Positions 25,937-35,223 of a stretch of 43,452 nt of DNA are shown piece by piece. Below the pieces are notes generated by a model. That model did not search any database and was not told the DNA's origin. It worked only from the letters and a program-made list of their open reading frames with translations. A program made the position numbers and the translations under genes. The stretch's first letter is position 1. Every line of letters starts with the position of its first letter. Source of the DNA: Microgenomates group bacterium (GTDB taxonomy: Bacteria; Patescibacteriota; Microgenomatia; UBA1406; GWC2-37-13); assembly GCA_046704445.1 (NCBI GenBank), contig JBJKRW010000020.1:1-43452 (forward strand), in the 5' to 3' direction.

Positions 25937-26644
25937 ATGATCTCCCTGGAAAAGGTTTCGAAACAATTTCCTGCACGAGGACAGTCGCGGTCCGATACAC
26001 AATTTAAACTTGCGGTGGATAACATAAGTTTCAAAGCGAAAGAAGGCGACATTATCGGTTTTCTCGGCCCCAACGGTGCGGGGAAAACAACGACGATGCG
26101 TTTGCTTTTGGGGTATCTCACTCCCACGGCAGGTGCGGTACGTATAGACGGTTTTGATCCGATAGAAAACCGCATTGAGGTTTTGAAGCGTACGGGATAT
26201 CTTCCGGAAAATAATCCTCTCTACCTCGAGGCAAAAGTCAAGGAATATCTTGAGTTTGTTTCGGAGCTGAAAAAAGCATCCAATTTAAAAGAGGTAATAA
26301 GACAGGTGGCGATTGACGAAATGTTTGAAACAAAAATCGAGGAACTCTCCAGGGGGTATAAACAAAGAGTGGGTTTGGCCGCAGCTCTTTTGTCGGATCC
26401 TCCCATTCTTGTTCTCGACGAACCCACGTCAGGCCTGGATCCTATAGAACAGGATAAGATTAAGGACCTGATCAGGAAACATTCAAAAAAAAAGACTATT
26501 CTCTTTTCAACACACATTCTTTCGGAAATCGAGGATATTGCTACCAGACTGATAATCATCAATAAGGGAAGGGTCGTGTACGACGGTACCAAACCGAGAG
26601 GAAAAGGTTCGGTCGAAAAATTATTTAAAAAATTGGTCAAATAA
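25937..26644 (+). CDS. ABC transporter ATP-binding protein (ABC-2/GldA-like)
   Basis: Walker A GPNGAGKTT, signature LSRGYKQR, Walker B ILVLDEPTSGLD. Confidence 0.9.
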   Translation: MISLEKVSKQFPARGQSRSDTQFKLAVDNISFKAKEGDIIGFLGPNGAGKTTTMRLLLGYLTPTAGAVRIDGFDPIENRIEVLKRTGYLPENNPLYLEAKVKEYLEFVSELKKASNLKEVIRQVAIDEMFETKIEELSRGYKQRVGLAAALLSDPPILVLDEPTSGLDPIEQDKIKDLIRKHSKKKTILFSTHILSEIEDIATRLIIINKGRVVYDGTKPRGKGSVEKLFKKLVK

Positions 26645-26646
26645 CA

Positions 26647-27348
26647 ATGTTTACCTTATACAAAAAAGAACTCAACTATTATCTGAACAACCCGATAGGA
26701 TACATTATTCTGGTGCTGTTCGGTGTTTTCGCAAACTTTCTGTACGTAAAGGATATTTTCGTTGTAGGGTCGGCTTCGATGCGGCCTTTTTTTAACGTGT
26801 TACCGTGGCTTTTGCTGATATTTGTACCTGCTTTGGCAATGCGTGCCCTGTCCGAGGAAAAGCGAACGAATACCATCGAAGTTCTACTGACTTTACCCGT
26901 TTCGGAAACCCAGGTAGTTGTTGCAAAATTCCTGGCGTTGTCTACGGTCATGTGCATAGGACTGGCCCTTACCTTGAGTTTGCCGATATCTCTGGCATTT
27001 TTGACAAAGATGTATTTCCCGGAAGTCATGGTCGGTTATCTGGGCACGATTCTTCTGGCTCTTTTTTTTCTGAGCATCTGCCTGTTCTTTTCCGCGCAGA
27101 CCAAAAATCAGGTTGTTTCATTTCTGATGTCGGTAGTTGTGCTTTTTGTGTGTATAGTTCTCGGCTCCGACTTCATGGCAAGTGTGCTGCCGAGATCCGT
27201 TCTTGATATGTTGACGTACTTTACTCCGTTGTATCATCTGCAGAATTTCGTAAAAGGCGTAGTTGACCTTAGGTCATTATTTTACTTTGTCAGCGCAACA
27301 TTTGTTTTTATGTTTTTGACCGTTATACAGTTGGAAAAGCGAGGATAA
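26647..27348 (+). CDS. ABC-2-type transporter permease (GldF-like)
   Basis: 233 aa with 6 TM helices. The conserved EEKRTNTIEVLLTLPVS block follows TM1. It starts 2 nt after the ATPase gene. Confidence 0.75.
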   Translation: MFTLYKKELNYYLNNPIGYIILVLFGVFANFLYVKDIFVVGSASMRPFFNVLPWLLLIFVPALAMRALSEEKRTNTIEVLLTLPVSETQVVVAKFLALSTVMCIGLALTLSLPISLAFLTKMYFPEVMVGYLGTILLALFFLSICLFFSAQTKNQVVSFLMSVVVLFVCIVLGSDFMASVLPRSVLDMLTYFTPLYHLQNFVKGVVDLRSLFYFVSATFVFMFLTVIQLEKRG

Positions 27349-27353
27349 ATAGC

Positions 27354-28853
27354 ATGTTGAAAATCCGGAATCTTAATCTGATAAAGCTGTTTCGACTGCA
27401 GTCCTTAAAACTGCCTGCGATCTATGTACTCATTTTTGCGATATTTATTGTTGCCAATGTTCTTTTAATGCCGTTTTCATTTCGCGCGGATCTTTCATAC
27501 GGAAGAGCTTATTCACTGGCTCCCGCTACTGAAAAAATCCTGAGAAATCTTGACGATATCGTAACGATAAAATTTTTTGCGTCCTCCGATCTTCCAAGCA
27601 GGCTTATTCCCCTTAAAAACGATGTTACGGATCTTCTGAATGAGTATCAGCGCGCAAATCAGGGAAAAGTTCATGTCAGCATTTTGGATCCCAAGACGGA
27701 TTCGCAGGCTGATACGGAAGCAAAAGCAGATCTGCCTCAACTCCAGTTTTCGCAACTTGAACAGGATAAATATGCGGTAACCGCGTCGTATTTCGGCATT
27801 GTACTTTCATACGGCGGAAAAAAAGAGGTTATTCCTCAGGTTACCGACTTGAACAGCTTGGAGTATAACCTTACCGCCTCCATCTACAAACTGACCAATA
27901 AAAGCGAGATCAAAATTGCGGTGATGGGTAAAACCCAAAGCTTTGATCCCAATAACGATGATCTGGCTTCGTTCAAACAGACGTTTCAGAAGCAGTTTAC
28001 AATAGATTATATTGATGTTTCCACACAGTCCGCGACTACCAAAATAGATCCTTCATACAAAACGGTACTGGTGTTTGATACGGATCAAAAAAAATTTGAC
28101 GAAAAAGCAGTCAACGCACTGAAAGATTATATACAAAATAAAGGAAAGGTGATATTTTTTGTGGACGGTGTTTGGGTTGACGGTAATTTAAATACCATGC
28201 CGTCGGACAATAATCTTTTTTCTCTTCTGGACAGTTACGGGATCAGGGTGAATACCGATCTTGTGTTGTCCAACAGCGCACAGCTCGTAAATTTCGGAAA
28301 CAGTTATGTGTCGTTTCTTACCCCCTATCCTTTTTGGGTTAAGGCCACCCAATTCAGTAACAGTTCATCCTACTTTTCCAATATTACGCAACTGACCTAT
28401 CCCTGGGTTTCTTCGTTAAGTCTGGAAAAACGTCCGGGCATAACAGATGAAGCGTTGGTTAAGACTACCAAAACCTCATGGGATCAGAGTCAAAATTATA
28501 TCCTGGATCCTCAGCAGATTCCCAATCCGCAACAGAAGGATTTAAAGCAGTTCATCATAACCGCACTCGCGAAAAATTCAAGCGGAGGCGAAGTATTGGT
28601 TATTCCTTCATCGAGATTTATTCTCCAACAATTTCTCGGAAACAGTTCCGACAATCTTGCGTTTGTCCTGAATGCGGCAAATGATTTTGCGTCACAGGGG
28701 GCGCTTGCGGGGATCAATCAAAGACAGGTCACAACCTATCCTTTGCCTGAGCTTTCGGCCAACATGAAAAATGCTTTTAAATATTTGAACATTCTCCTTT
28801 TACCCGTACTATGTGCCGCGTTTGGTGCGGTCAAGTTTCTGAAAAGAAGATAA
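27354..28853 (+). CDS. GldG-like ABC-transport auxiliary protein
   Basis: 499 aa with N- and C-terminal TM anchors around a large extracytoplasmic domain. This is the usual third gene of GldA/F/G-type ABC systems, and a GAGGA Shine-Dalgarno lies 9 nt upstream. Confidence 0.6.
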   Translation: MLKIRNLNLIKLFRLQSLKLPAIYVLIFAIFIVANVLLMPFSFRADLSYGRAYSLAPATEKILRNLDDIVTIKFFASSDLPSRLIPLKNDVTDLLNEYQRANQGKVHVSILDPKTDSQADTEAKADLPQLQFSQLEQDKYAVTASYFGIVLSYGGKKEVIPQVTDLNSLEYNLTASIYKLTNKSEIKIAVMGKTQSFDPNNDDLASFKQTFQKQFTIDYIDVSTQSATTKIDPSYKTVLVFDTDQKKFDEKAVNALKDYIQNKGKVIFFVDGVWVDGNLNTMPSDNNLFSLLDSYGIRVNTDLVLSNSAQLVNFGNSYVSFLTPYPFWVKATQFSNSSSYFSNITQLTYPWVSSLSLEKRPGITDEALVKTTKTSWDQSQNYILDPQQIPNPQQKDLKQFIITALAKNSSGGEVLVIPSSRFILQQFLGNSSDNLAFVLNAANDFASQGALAGINQRQVTTYPLPELSANMKNAFKYLNILLLPVLCAAFGAVKFLKRR

Positions 28854-29342
28854 ATAATCCTCTAGAGCTTTCCGTATCGGTTCAAATGCCAGTTTTTCAA
28901 ACGGGATATTCGAATGCGAAAAATATGCATATGCGGATACATCGTCGTCGATCCGGATATTCTCTCCGAAGTCTTTCAGGACGAATACAATTCCCAACGT
29001 GATGTAATCAACGTTTCTGTAGGGATAATGACCGATGTATGATTTGAAATACCTGAAATTCGTAAGTCCGATATGGAGTTCTTCGCGGGTTTCCCTTATG
29101 ATCGATTCTTCTGCCGTTTCATTGTATTCGATGAATCCGCCGGGAAGGTCCCAGTAATTTTTTTTAGGAGAAAATTTTCTTTTGACCAGCAGGATTTCTT
29201 TTTTTTTGTTTTCGATGATGATTGCATTGGCAAGTGCAGGACTGAGGTATATATGGAATCCGCATTGATCGCAATGAATGAGTCTGTCGGATGTTTTTTT
29301 CAGCGGTTTCGTACATCGGGGGCAAAATTTGAACTCGATCAT
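28809..29342 (-). CDS. NUDIX hydrolase with an N-terminal zinc ribbon (NudC-like architecture)
   Basis: CPRCTKPL...CDQCGF ribbon and the Nudix box GGFIEYNETAEESIIRETREELHI. Confidence 0.8.
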   Translation of the reverse strand: MIEFKFCPRCTKPLKKTSDRLIHCDQCGFHIYLSPALANAIIIENKKKEILLVKRKFSPKKNYWDLPGGFIEYNETAEESIIRETREELHIGLTNFRYFKSYIGHYPYRNVDYITLGIVFVLKDFGENIRIDDDVSAYAYFSHSNIPFEKLAFEPIRKALEDYLSSFQKLDRTKRGT

Positions 29343-29370
29343 ATGAGAATAGTATATAATGTTTTATGTT

Positions 29371-30768
29371 ATGGTAAGGACAAGAATCGCGCCGTCACCA
29401 ACGGGATATCCGCACATAGGTACCGTGTACCAAGCGCTGTTTGACTATGCGTTTGCAAATAAAAATAACGGCGCTTTTATAGTGCGTATTGAGGATACGG
29501 ACAGAAACAGGTTTGTTGCGGATGCGGAACAGAAACTATTTGAATCTCTGGATTGGTTCGGGTTGACTGAAAATGAGAGTCCAAGAAAAAAGGGAAGTTA
29601 CGGTCCCTATAGACAATCAGAACGGCTGAAGATCTATAAAAAATATGCATTGGAACTCATTACAAACGATCACGCCTATTATTGTTTTTGCACGAAAGAG
29701 CGGTTAGAAGAAGTGAGAAACCGGATGCAGAAAGAAGAAAAAATTCCCATGTATGATAAACATTGCCGAACTTTATCAAAAGAAGACGTGGAGAATAGAT
29801 TGAAGAATGGCGAGCAATGGGTTATTCGACTCAAAGTACCAAAAAATATAACAATAACGGTAAAAGACGAAATACGGGGTGAAATATCGTTTGACTCTAA
29901 TATTATCGACGACCAGGTACTTTTGAAATCAGACGGATTTCCAACGTATCACCTTGCGGTTGTTGTCGATGATCATCTTATGCAGATTACACATATGGTG
30001 CGGGGAGAAGAATGGATTCCTTCATCACCGAAACATGAGCTCCTTTACGAATTTTTTGGATGGGACAAGCCGTTTACGTTTCATACCCCCATCCTTCGGA
30101 ATCCGGACAAATCAAAATTGTCAAAACGTCAGGGACACACAAGTGTTTCCTGGTATAGGGAACAAGGATATTTGCCGTCGGCCATTCTTAATTATCTTGC
30201 GTTGATGGGGTGGACTCATCCGGACGGCAAGGAAAAGTTTTCAATGGACGAATTTACGAAGCTCTTCGAATTAAAAGATATAAAAGCGGTTGCGCCGATT
30301 TTTGACATCCATAAGCTGGAATGGATGAACGGCGAATACATAAGAGAACTTCCCGTAAAAAATCTGCAGTCCAGGATTCTTGAGTTTTATAGTGATAAAA
30401 AATTACCGGAGGAAATTGTCGCGAAAACAATTCCTCTTATCCGGGAGAGGATCAAGAAACTTTCCGATTATATGCCCCTATGTGAATTTTTTTTCAAAAA
30501 ACCCGGCTCGTACGAACAGGATCTCTCGTCAAAAAAACAATTACTGTCTGAGATCTATGACGTGCTGTCCAAACTTGAACCATGGAGCGTCGAAGAGATG
30601 AATCTGAAACTTGTGGCATTGGCTCAGAAACTTAAGGTAAAGACAGGAGATTTTTTTATGACACTCCGCGTTGCAATTACGGGGAAAAAAAGGACGCCTC
30701 CTCTGAACGAATCCATGGTAATTCTGGGAAAAAATGAATGTCTCGAAAGAGTAAAAATTTTTGTATAA
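29371..30768 (+). CDS. gltX: Glutamate--tRNA ligase
   Basis: MVRTRIAPSPTGYPHIGT (HIGH motif) and KLSKR (KMSKS motif). The tracked ORF starts at 29359, but that ATG overlaps the TATAAT at 29355-29360, so I prefer 29371. Confidence 0.9.
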   Translation: MVRTRIAPSPTGYPHIGTVYQALFDYAFANKNNGAFIVRIEDTDRNRFVADAEQKLFESLDWFGLTENESPRKKGSYGPYRQSERLKIYKKYALELITNDHAYYCFCTKERLEEVRNRMQKEEKIPMYDKHCRTLSKEDVENRLKNGEQWVIRLKVPKNITITVKDEIRGEISFDSNIIDDQVLLKSDGFPTYHLAVVVDDHLMQITHMVRGEEWIPSSPKHELLYEFFGWDKPFTFHTPILRNPDKSKLSKRQGHTSVSWYREQGYLPSAILNYLALMGWTHPDGKEKFSMDEFTKLFELKDIKAVAPIFDIHKLEWMNGEYIRELPVKNLQSRILEFYSDKKLPEEIVAKTIPLIRERIKKLSDYMPLCEFFFKKPGSYEQDLSSKKQLLSEIYDVLSKLEPWSVEEMNLKLVALAQKLKVKTGDFFMTLRVAITGKKRTPPLNESMVILGKNECLERVKIFV

Positions 30769-30775
30769 AGACGGG

Positions 30776-31660
30776 TTAAGAGTAATATTCTTCCTGCCAG
30801 TGGGGATCGGTAACAACGGTTACGTCAAGAAACACTTTTTTATTGATTGCCAGCGCGATTTCTTTTCTTGCAAAGCTTCCTATTTCTTTTATTTTTCTTC
30901 CGTCATGGCCGATAAGCATTTTTTTGTACCGGTCATTCGTAGTCAGAATTCGTGCTTTAATATACATGATTCCGTTGGTCCTTTCGGTAATTTCGTCAAC
31001 GACCGCAGTGGTGGTATACGGAATTTCTTCGCCCATCATGAGAAAAACCTTTTCTCTTATGAGTTCGGAAATAAATGTTTTGCTGTCGAGGTTCAACAGG
31101 GGATACCCCGATCTGTTAATTTCGTGAAACTCCCGGTCGATCTCCTCTTCGGACTTTTCCGGCAACAGTTCGAAAATTTTATCCAGGAGCGGCGTAAAAT
31201 GCGTTTTGTGCAGGGCTGAAATTTGATAAACCAGTTTAAATTCGTCTTCAAGAAAACGGTATTGGGGAAGAAACGTTTTCTTTTGGTCATCCACTTTATT
31301 AATGACAAGGATTTTCGGATGTTTAAGCTGACGTACTAACCCGATGACTCTGGCTTCCTCAAAATCCCGTTTGCGCGTATGATCAATCATGTATATAACG
31401 AGATCGACTTTTTCGTTTAAAGTCTGCAGGGTCTTCTGGTTTATTTTCTGTGAAAGCGAGTCTTCGGTTTTTCCGATAATACCCGGAGTATCGACAAAAA
31501 TAATCCTGCCGCGTGAATCCTCATACATTGCGCGTATGGGAAAACGCGTGGTTTGAGGTTTGGGTGAGGTAATTGCCACTTTTTGGCCTATGAGGTTGTT
31601 CACAAACGTTGATTTTCCTACGTTTGGTCTTCCTATAAGTAAAACTTTACCGCTTTTCAT
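30776..31660 (-). CDS. era: GTPase Era
   Basis: G1 GRPNVGKST, G3 DTPG, G4 NKVD, and a C-terminal KH domain (IIGHDGRKIKEIG). Confidence 0.92.
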   Translation of the reverse strand: MKSGKVLLIGRPNVGKSTFVNNLIGQKVAITSPKPQTTRFPIRAMYEDSRGRIIFVDTPGIIGKTEDSLSQKINQKTLQTLNEKVDLVIYMIDHTRKRDFEEARVIGLVRQLKHPKILVINKVDDQKKTFLPQYRFLEDEFKLVYQISALHKTHFTPLLDKIFELLPEKSEEEIDREFHEINRSGYPLLNLDSKTFISELIREKVFLMMGEEIPYTTTAVVDEITERTNGIMYIKARILTTNDRYKKMLIGHDGRKIKEIGSFARKEIALAINKKVFLDVTVVTDPHWQEEYYS

Positions 31661-31666
31661 TGCATA

Positions 31667-31675
31667 ATTGTATCA
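31667..31675 (-). promoter_or_regulatory. Extended -10 TGATACAAT, 6 nt upstream of the era ATG (leaderless-type)
   Basis: The minus strand reads cttaTGATACAATtatgcaATG. No Shine-Dalgarno is present. Confidence 0.5.
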
Positions 31676-31704
31676 TAAGAAAACCGACCGATTATGCAAA
31701 GGAA

Positions 31705-31710
31705 TATAAT
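31705..31710 (+). promoter_or_regulatory. -10 box TATAAT, 6 nt upstream of the sigma-factor ATG at 31717 (leaderless-type)
   Basis: The plus strand reads ggaaTATAATaagaagATGaca. Confidence 0.5.
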
Positions 31711-31716
31711 AAGAAG

Positions 31717-32226
31717 ATGACACTAAGCGATAAGGAAATTATCATCAAAATAAAAAACGGCGAGTTGGATTATTTTGAAAAGGTGGTTAAAAAATATACC
31801 GATGTAATTCATCGATATATAAGAGCAAAATTATTTGATAAGGGAGAAAGTGAGGATCTAGTTCAAAACACGTTTCTCAGTTTTTATAAGGCTATTCAAC
31901 GGTTTGATCAGGAACGGCCTATTTTACCCTATCTTTATCAGATCGCGAAAAACGAACTAAAAATGTATTACCGCTCCCATAAACAGACGGTTACGCTGAA
32001 TGACGACATGAGAATTGTCGACGAATCTGAGGAGGTTTACAGAGATAACTATGATTCACTGCTCAAGACGGTTCCCGCCGAACATCGCCGGATCCTGGAG
32101 CTTCTTATTCAGGGATATTCGTATAAGGAAATAGCGCAATCGGTAAAGAGGCCTCTCAATACGGTAAAAACAATGATTCACAGGATCAGGTTACAGATGA
32201 AGAATTTACGCTATGAGAAAAACTAA
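31717..32226 (+). CDS. ECF-type sigma-70 family RNA polymerase sigma factor
   Basis: Region 2 (EDLVQNTFLSFYKAIQRFD) and the region 4 HTH (YKEIAQSVKRPLNTVKTMIHRIRLQM). The tracked TTG start at 31660 is unlikely. Confidence 0.8.
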   Translation: MTLSDKEIIIKIKNGELDYFEKVVKKYTDVIHRYIRAKLFDKGESEDLVQNTFLSFYKAIQRFDQERPILPYLYQIAKNELKMYYRSHKQTVTLNDDMRIVDESEEVYRDNYDSLLKTVPAEHRRILELLIQGYSYKEIAQSVKRPLNTVKTMIHRIRLQMKNLRYEKN

Positions 32227-32623
32227 AAAACCGGCAATAGAACGGAAAATTATTGAAGCGATGTACCGGTATGAAGCAACACATACCGTCATGACGCTCA
32301 TATTAAAACTGTTTGGTATTGTATTGTCGGTTCTTCTGGTATTGTTTTCGGGGCAGATTCTTATTGAGATTCTTGAGGAAGAAAAAACCCTGGATATGTT
32401 TGATCTGTTTAAAGAAGACCAAATCGTTATCAGGAAATATTTCTTTGACACGATGATCACATTTTATCAGGAAACGCCGAAGATTTTTGTGGTGTTGGCT
32501 GTCGTCGGGTGTGTCAGTTTTTGTATAGTGGCATACACACTGGTCAGAAATTTTCCGAAAATAAAAAACAGGGTACGGGCAATATTTCATCACTGGCACA
32601 GGATTAAAACGGAGCATTATTAG
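32213..32623 (+). CDS. Two-TM membrane protein; an anti-sigma factor is possible from position only
   Basis: It overlaps the sigma gene by 14 nt and has two hydrophobic helices. No zinc-binding HxxxCxxC anti-sigma motif is visible. Confidence 0.35.
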   Translation: MRKTKKPAIERKIIEAMYRYEATHTVMTLILKLFGIVLSVLLVLFSGQILIEILEEEKTLDMFDLFKEDQIVIRKYFFDTMITFYQETPKIFVVLAVVGCVSFCIVAYTLVRNFPKIKNRVRAIFHHWHRIKTEHY

Positions 32624-32636
32624 TTATATATAAGAT

Positions 32637-33101
32637 ATGAAAAAAGAACTTGTATTTCTTGTAGTATTGGCAGTCCTTGTTGGCGGACTGGTTGCGTATA
32701 AAGGATATAGAACGAAATCCAGCCGGCCGGCAGGCGTTTCCTCGGGAGAAAGTAATAATACAGCTACGACGAAGACGAATTCTCCAAGCAATACGTCGGC
32801 AAGTCCCATGATAAATACAGGCGTAAAACGAGTGGACCAAATTATGCTTAACGTGTATTCTCCTCAGGACGGCTCAACACAAACCTCTTCTCCGATCACG
32901 GTAAGCGGCAAAACCATTTCAAATGCGGAAGTGTTTGTCAACGACGCGGCGTTGAAGGCGGACGCCCGGGGAAATTTCTCCACCACCCTCAATCTTGAGG
33001 ATGGAGACAATCCCATCGTGATTGTAGCAAATGACGCAACGGGTAATTCGTCTGAAAGAGACTTGACGGTTTATTATAATGCGCCCGCTAATGCGCAATA
33101 A
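32637..33101 (+). CDS. Membrane-anchored/secreted protein with a C-terminal Ig-like domain
   Basis: N-terminal TM/signal anchor and a Ser/Thr/Asn-rich linker. The pattern ITVSGKT..NAEVFVND....D..GNFS..L.L.DGDNPIVIVA.DA.GN...R.LTV.Y is typical of bacterial Ig-like surface domains. Confidence 0.5.
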   Translation: MKKELVFLVVLAVLVGGLVAYKGYRTKSSRPAGVSSGESNNTATTKTNSPSNTSASPMINTGVKRVDQIMLNVYSPQDGSTQTSSPITVSGKTISNAEVFVNDAALKADARGNFSTTLNLEDGDNPIVIVANDATGNSSERDLTVYYNAPANAQ

Positions 33102-33161
33102 CGGAACTTTTTATTTGCCGGTGCATAGTATCAGTTAGAAAAATAAATTCAATTCAATCCT

Positions 33162-33887
33162 ATGTCGAAAGTATTTTTATCATTCATTCTTGCCGGAGGA
33201 CTTTCGGCGGCAATTTTTATCACAACTCCGGTTCGTGCGGATAATGACAGATCCAGATTCTTGAGTCAGACGGTAAAAAACGAAAGAACTCAGGTAAAAC
33301 AAACCGGAAAAGAGTTAAAGCAGGAGAAATTTGATCTGCGCAAAAGCATCCAACAGCTTGTGGGAGTGAAGAACGCGAAAATAGTAAACGGCGTGGTAAC
33401 AACGGTGAGTGATCAGAACTTTACCGTAACAAAGAACGGCAAAACCTATACGGTTCAGACAGATACGGATACAAGATTCAGAAGACACTATTGGGGAAAA
33501 TCATCTCTTGCCGAACTTTCCGTTGGAGACAATGTAAACGTATGGGGAACATTTTCAGATGACTCCGACTCTATTATACATGCAAGTATGGTGAGGAATC
33601 TATCCGTAATGAAGTTCCGGGGCGTATTTTTCGGGACGGTGTCGGCAATGAACGGAAACACGTGGACCGTAGAAACGGTACGGCGGGGAAACCAGACCGT
33701 TACGGTTTCATCTTCTGCGAGATATATTAACAGGAAAGAGCAGTTGCTGACCCAAAACGAAATTCAGGTACATGACAGAATCCGTTTACGGGGTTTGTGG
33801 GATAAATCGAGTAATACCATTACTCAAGTTACCGAAGTCAAAGATTTTTCCCTGCCTCCGTTGCCGAGCTCCACGCCTTCACCGTAA
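33162..33887 (+). CDS. Secreted protein with two DUF5666-like beta modules
   Basis: Signal peptide (ending ...TPVRA/DN). Two modules of the type G.V..V....FTV...G..YTV......R...VGD.V.V.G, and a Pro/Ser tail. Confidence 0.45.
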   Translation: MSKVFLSFILAGGLSAAIFITTPVRADNDRSRFLSQTVKNERTQVKQTGKELKQEKFDLRKSIQQLVGVKNAKIVNGVVTTVSDQNFTVTKNGKTYTVQTDTDTRFRRHYWGKSSLAELSVGDNVNVWGTFSDDSDSIIHASMVRNLSVMKFRGVFFGTVSAMNGNTWTVETVRRGNQTVTVSSSARYINRKEQLLTQNEIQVHDRIRLRGLWDKSSNTITQVTEVKDFSLPPLPSSTPSP

Positions 33888-33922
33888 TCCGCAAACAAAT
33901 GACGGATTAAAATGGAGTGCGT

Positions 33923-34615
33923 TTATTCAAGCTTTAAATAATATTGCCTTTTCCGTTCGGGAAACCGTTCGATTGCATATCTCAGCATTGTACGGGGCAT
34001 TTGGGTACAATTACGGAGCAGAAACTCTTCCTCTTTTTCCATTGAACAGCGTTTTCCGATTTCTCTCAGCATCCACCCAACCGCTTTATGAATCAGATCG
34101 TGAGAGTCACGGAGCAGAATGGTTGCAATCTTGAGGGCTTCACCCGGTCGGCCTTTTTTTATGAAATGATATGTAGACAGTATGGAAATTCTGCGTTCCC
34201 ATAGGTTCTTTGAATGGGCAAGTTCATAAAGAATTGTTTTATCTTTATCTTCCAGATATGCGCCTACAATATGGGGAGCGGTCAGATCGACAAGATCCCA
34301 GTTGTTGATATAATGCATGTGTTTCATATATAACGCATAGGTTTTTTCCGGTTCGGAGCGGTAATGTTTGACCAAAATAAATAACCCGCACATGCGGATT
34401 TCGTGGACAGGACTCGTTAACAGTGTTTCGATCTCCTTCAATTCCATGCCCTTGTATTTTTTTGAAACTGTTCGAATATTCGGAACGCTAATACCCCAGA
34501 ATTCATCACCTTCGCCGTATCCGCCTTTAAACGCCTTAAAAAAATTTTTTGCGGAAGCGGACTTCGCGGCATTGTACATTTTTTTCAAATCAGCGACAAC
34601 ATAAGCAGCATACAT
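33923..34615 (-). CDS. DNA alkylation repair protein (AlkC/AlkD-like HEAT-repeat glycosylase family)
   Basis: FFKAFKGGYGEGDEFWGISVPNIRTVSKKY, NNWDLVD, NLWERRISILSTYHFIKKG, KAVGWMLREIGK. Confidence 0.75.
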   Translation of the reverse strand: MYAAYVVADLKKMYNAAKSASAKNFFKAFKGGYGEGDEFWGISVPNIRTVSKKYKGMELKEIETLLTSPVHEIRMCGLFILVKHYRSEPEKTYALYMKHMHYINNWDLVDLTAPHIVGAYLEDKDKTILYELAHSKNLWERRISILSTYHFIKKGRPGEALKIATILLRDSHDLIHKAVGWMLREIGKRCSMEKEEEFLLRNCTQMPRTMLRYAIERFPERKRQYYLKLE

Positions 34616-34689
34616 ATTTCTCTATTATATCGGTTAATCAATTTACACTGTTTTAGTATACTGTAATTTGATTGATAAACAATCAAACC

Positions 34690-35178
34690 ATGAAAAAGAG
34701 AAATATTTCCGTGACACTCGAGTGTTTTGTGAAAAAAGGCAATAAGTATCTGATGTTGCACAGAAAACAGAATAAGCGTATATTGCCGGATGTTTGGATG
34801 GCTCCGGGAGGTCACCGTGAGTTTAACGAAGGGCTGTTTGCGTGTGCAAAAAGAGAGATTCTGGAAGAAACGGGTTTGACCATAAAAAACATCCGGATAA
34901 AAGCTCACGGTAATGCATATCTTAAAGATCTCGCCGAAGAGTTTTATTTTCATTTGCTTGTTGCGGACTATGCATCGGGAACGGTAAGGAAAAACCTGGA
35001 AGACGGTGAGCTTGTATGGTTAAATCAAAAACAGATTCTTTCCCTGGATCATCTTTTGGCCGAGTTGAAATTCGTTCTTCCTTTTGTATTTTCCGAAGGT
35101 CACGCCGAGGTTTCATATTGTGCGGTGTACGAAAAAGGGAATTTTATGTCGGAATTTGCCGTTGAACGGCCGGAATGA
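34690..35178 (+). CDS. NUDIX hydrolase
   Basis: Nudix box GGHREFNEGLFACAKREILEETGL. I prefer the ATG at 34690 to the tracked TTG at 34672. Confidence 0.75.
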   Translation: MKKRNISVTLECFVKKGNKYLMLHRKQNKRILPDVWMAPGGHREFNEGLFACAKREILEETGLTIKNIRIKAHGNAYLKDLAEEFYFHLLVADYASGTVRKNLEDGELVWLNQKQILSLDHLLAELKFVLPFVFSEGHAEVSYCAVYEKGNFMSEFAVERPE

Positions 35179-35223
35179 CTTCAGTATTGTATCCCGTCAG
35201 CTCATGTATAATTATTCGCTGAT

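Noticed and set aside
29199-29207. A T9 homopolymer inside the NUDIX gene as a phase-variation tract.
   Set aside because: It encodes a Lys run (KKK) in an AT-rich genome, comparable A/T runs occur in many genes here, and there is no evidence of frameshifted copies.
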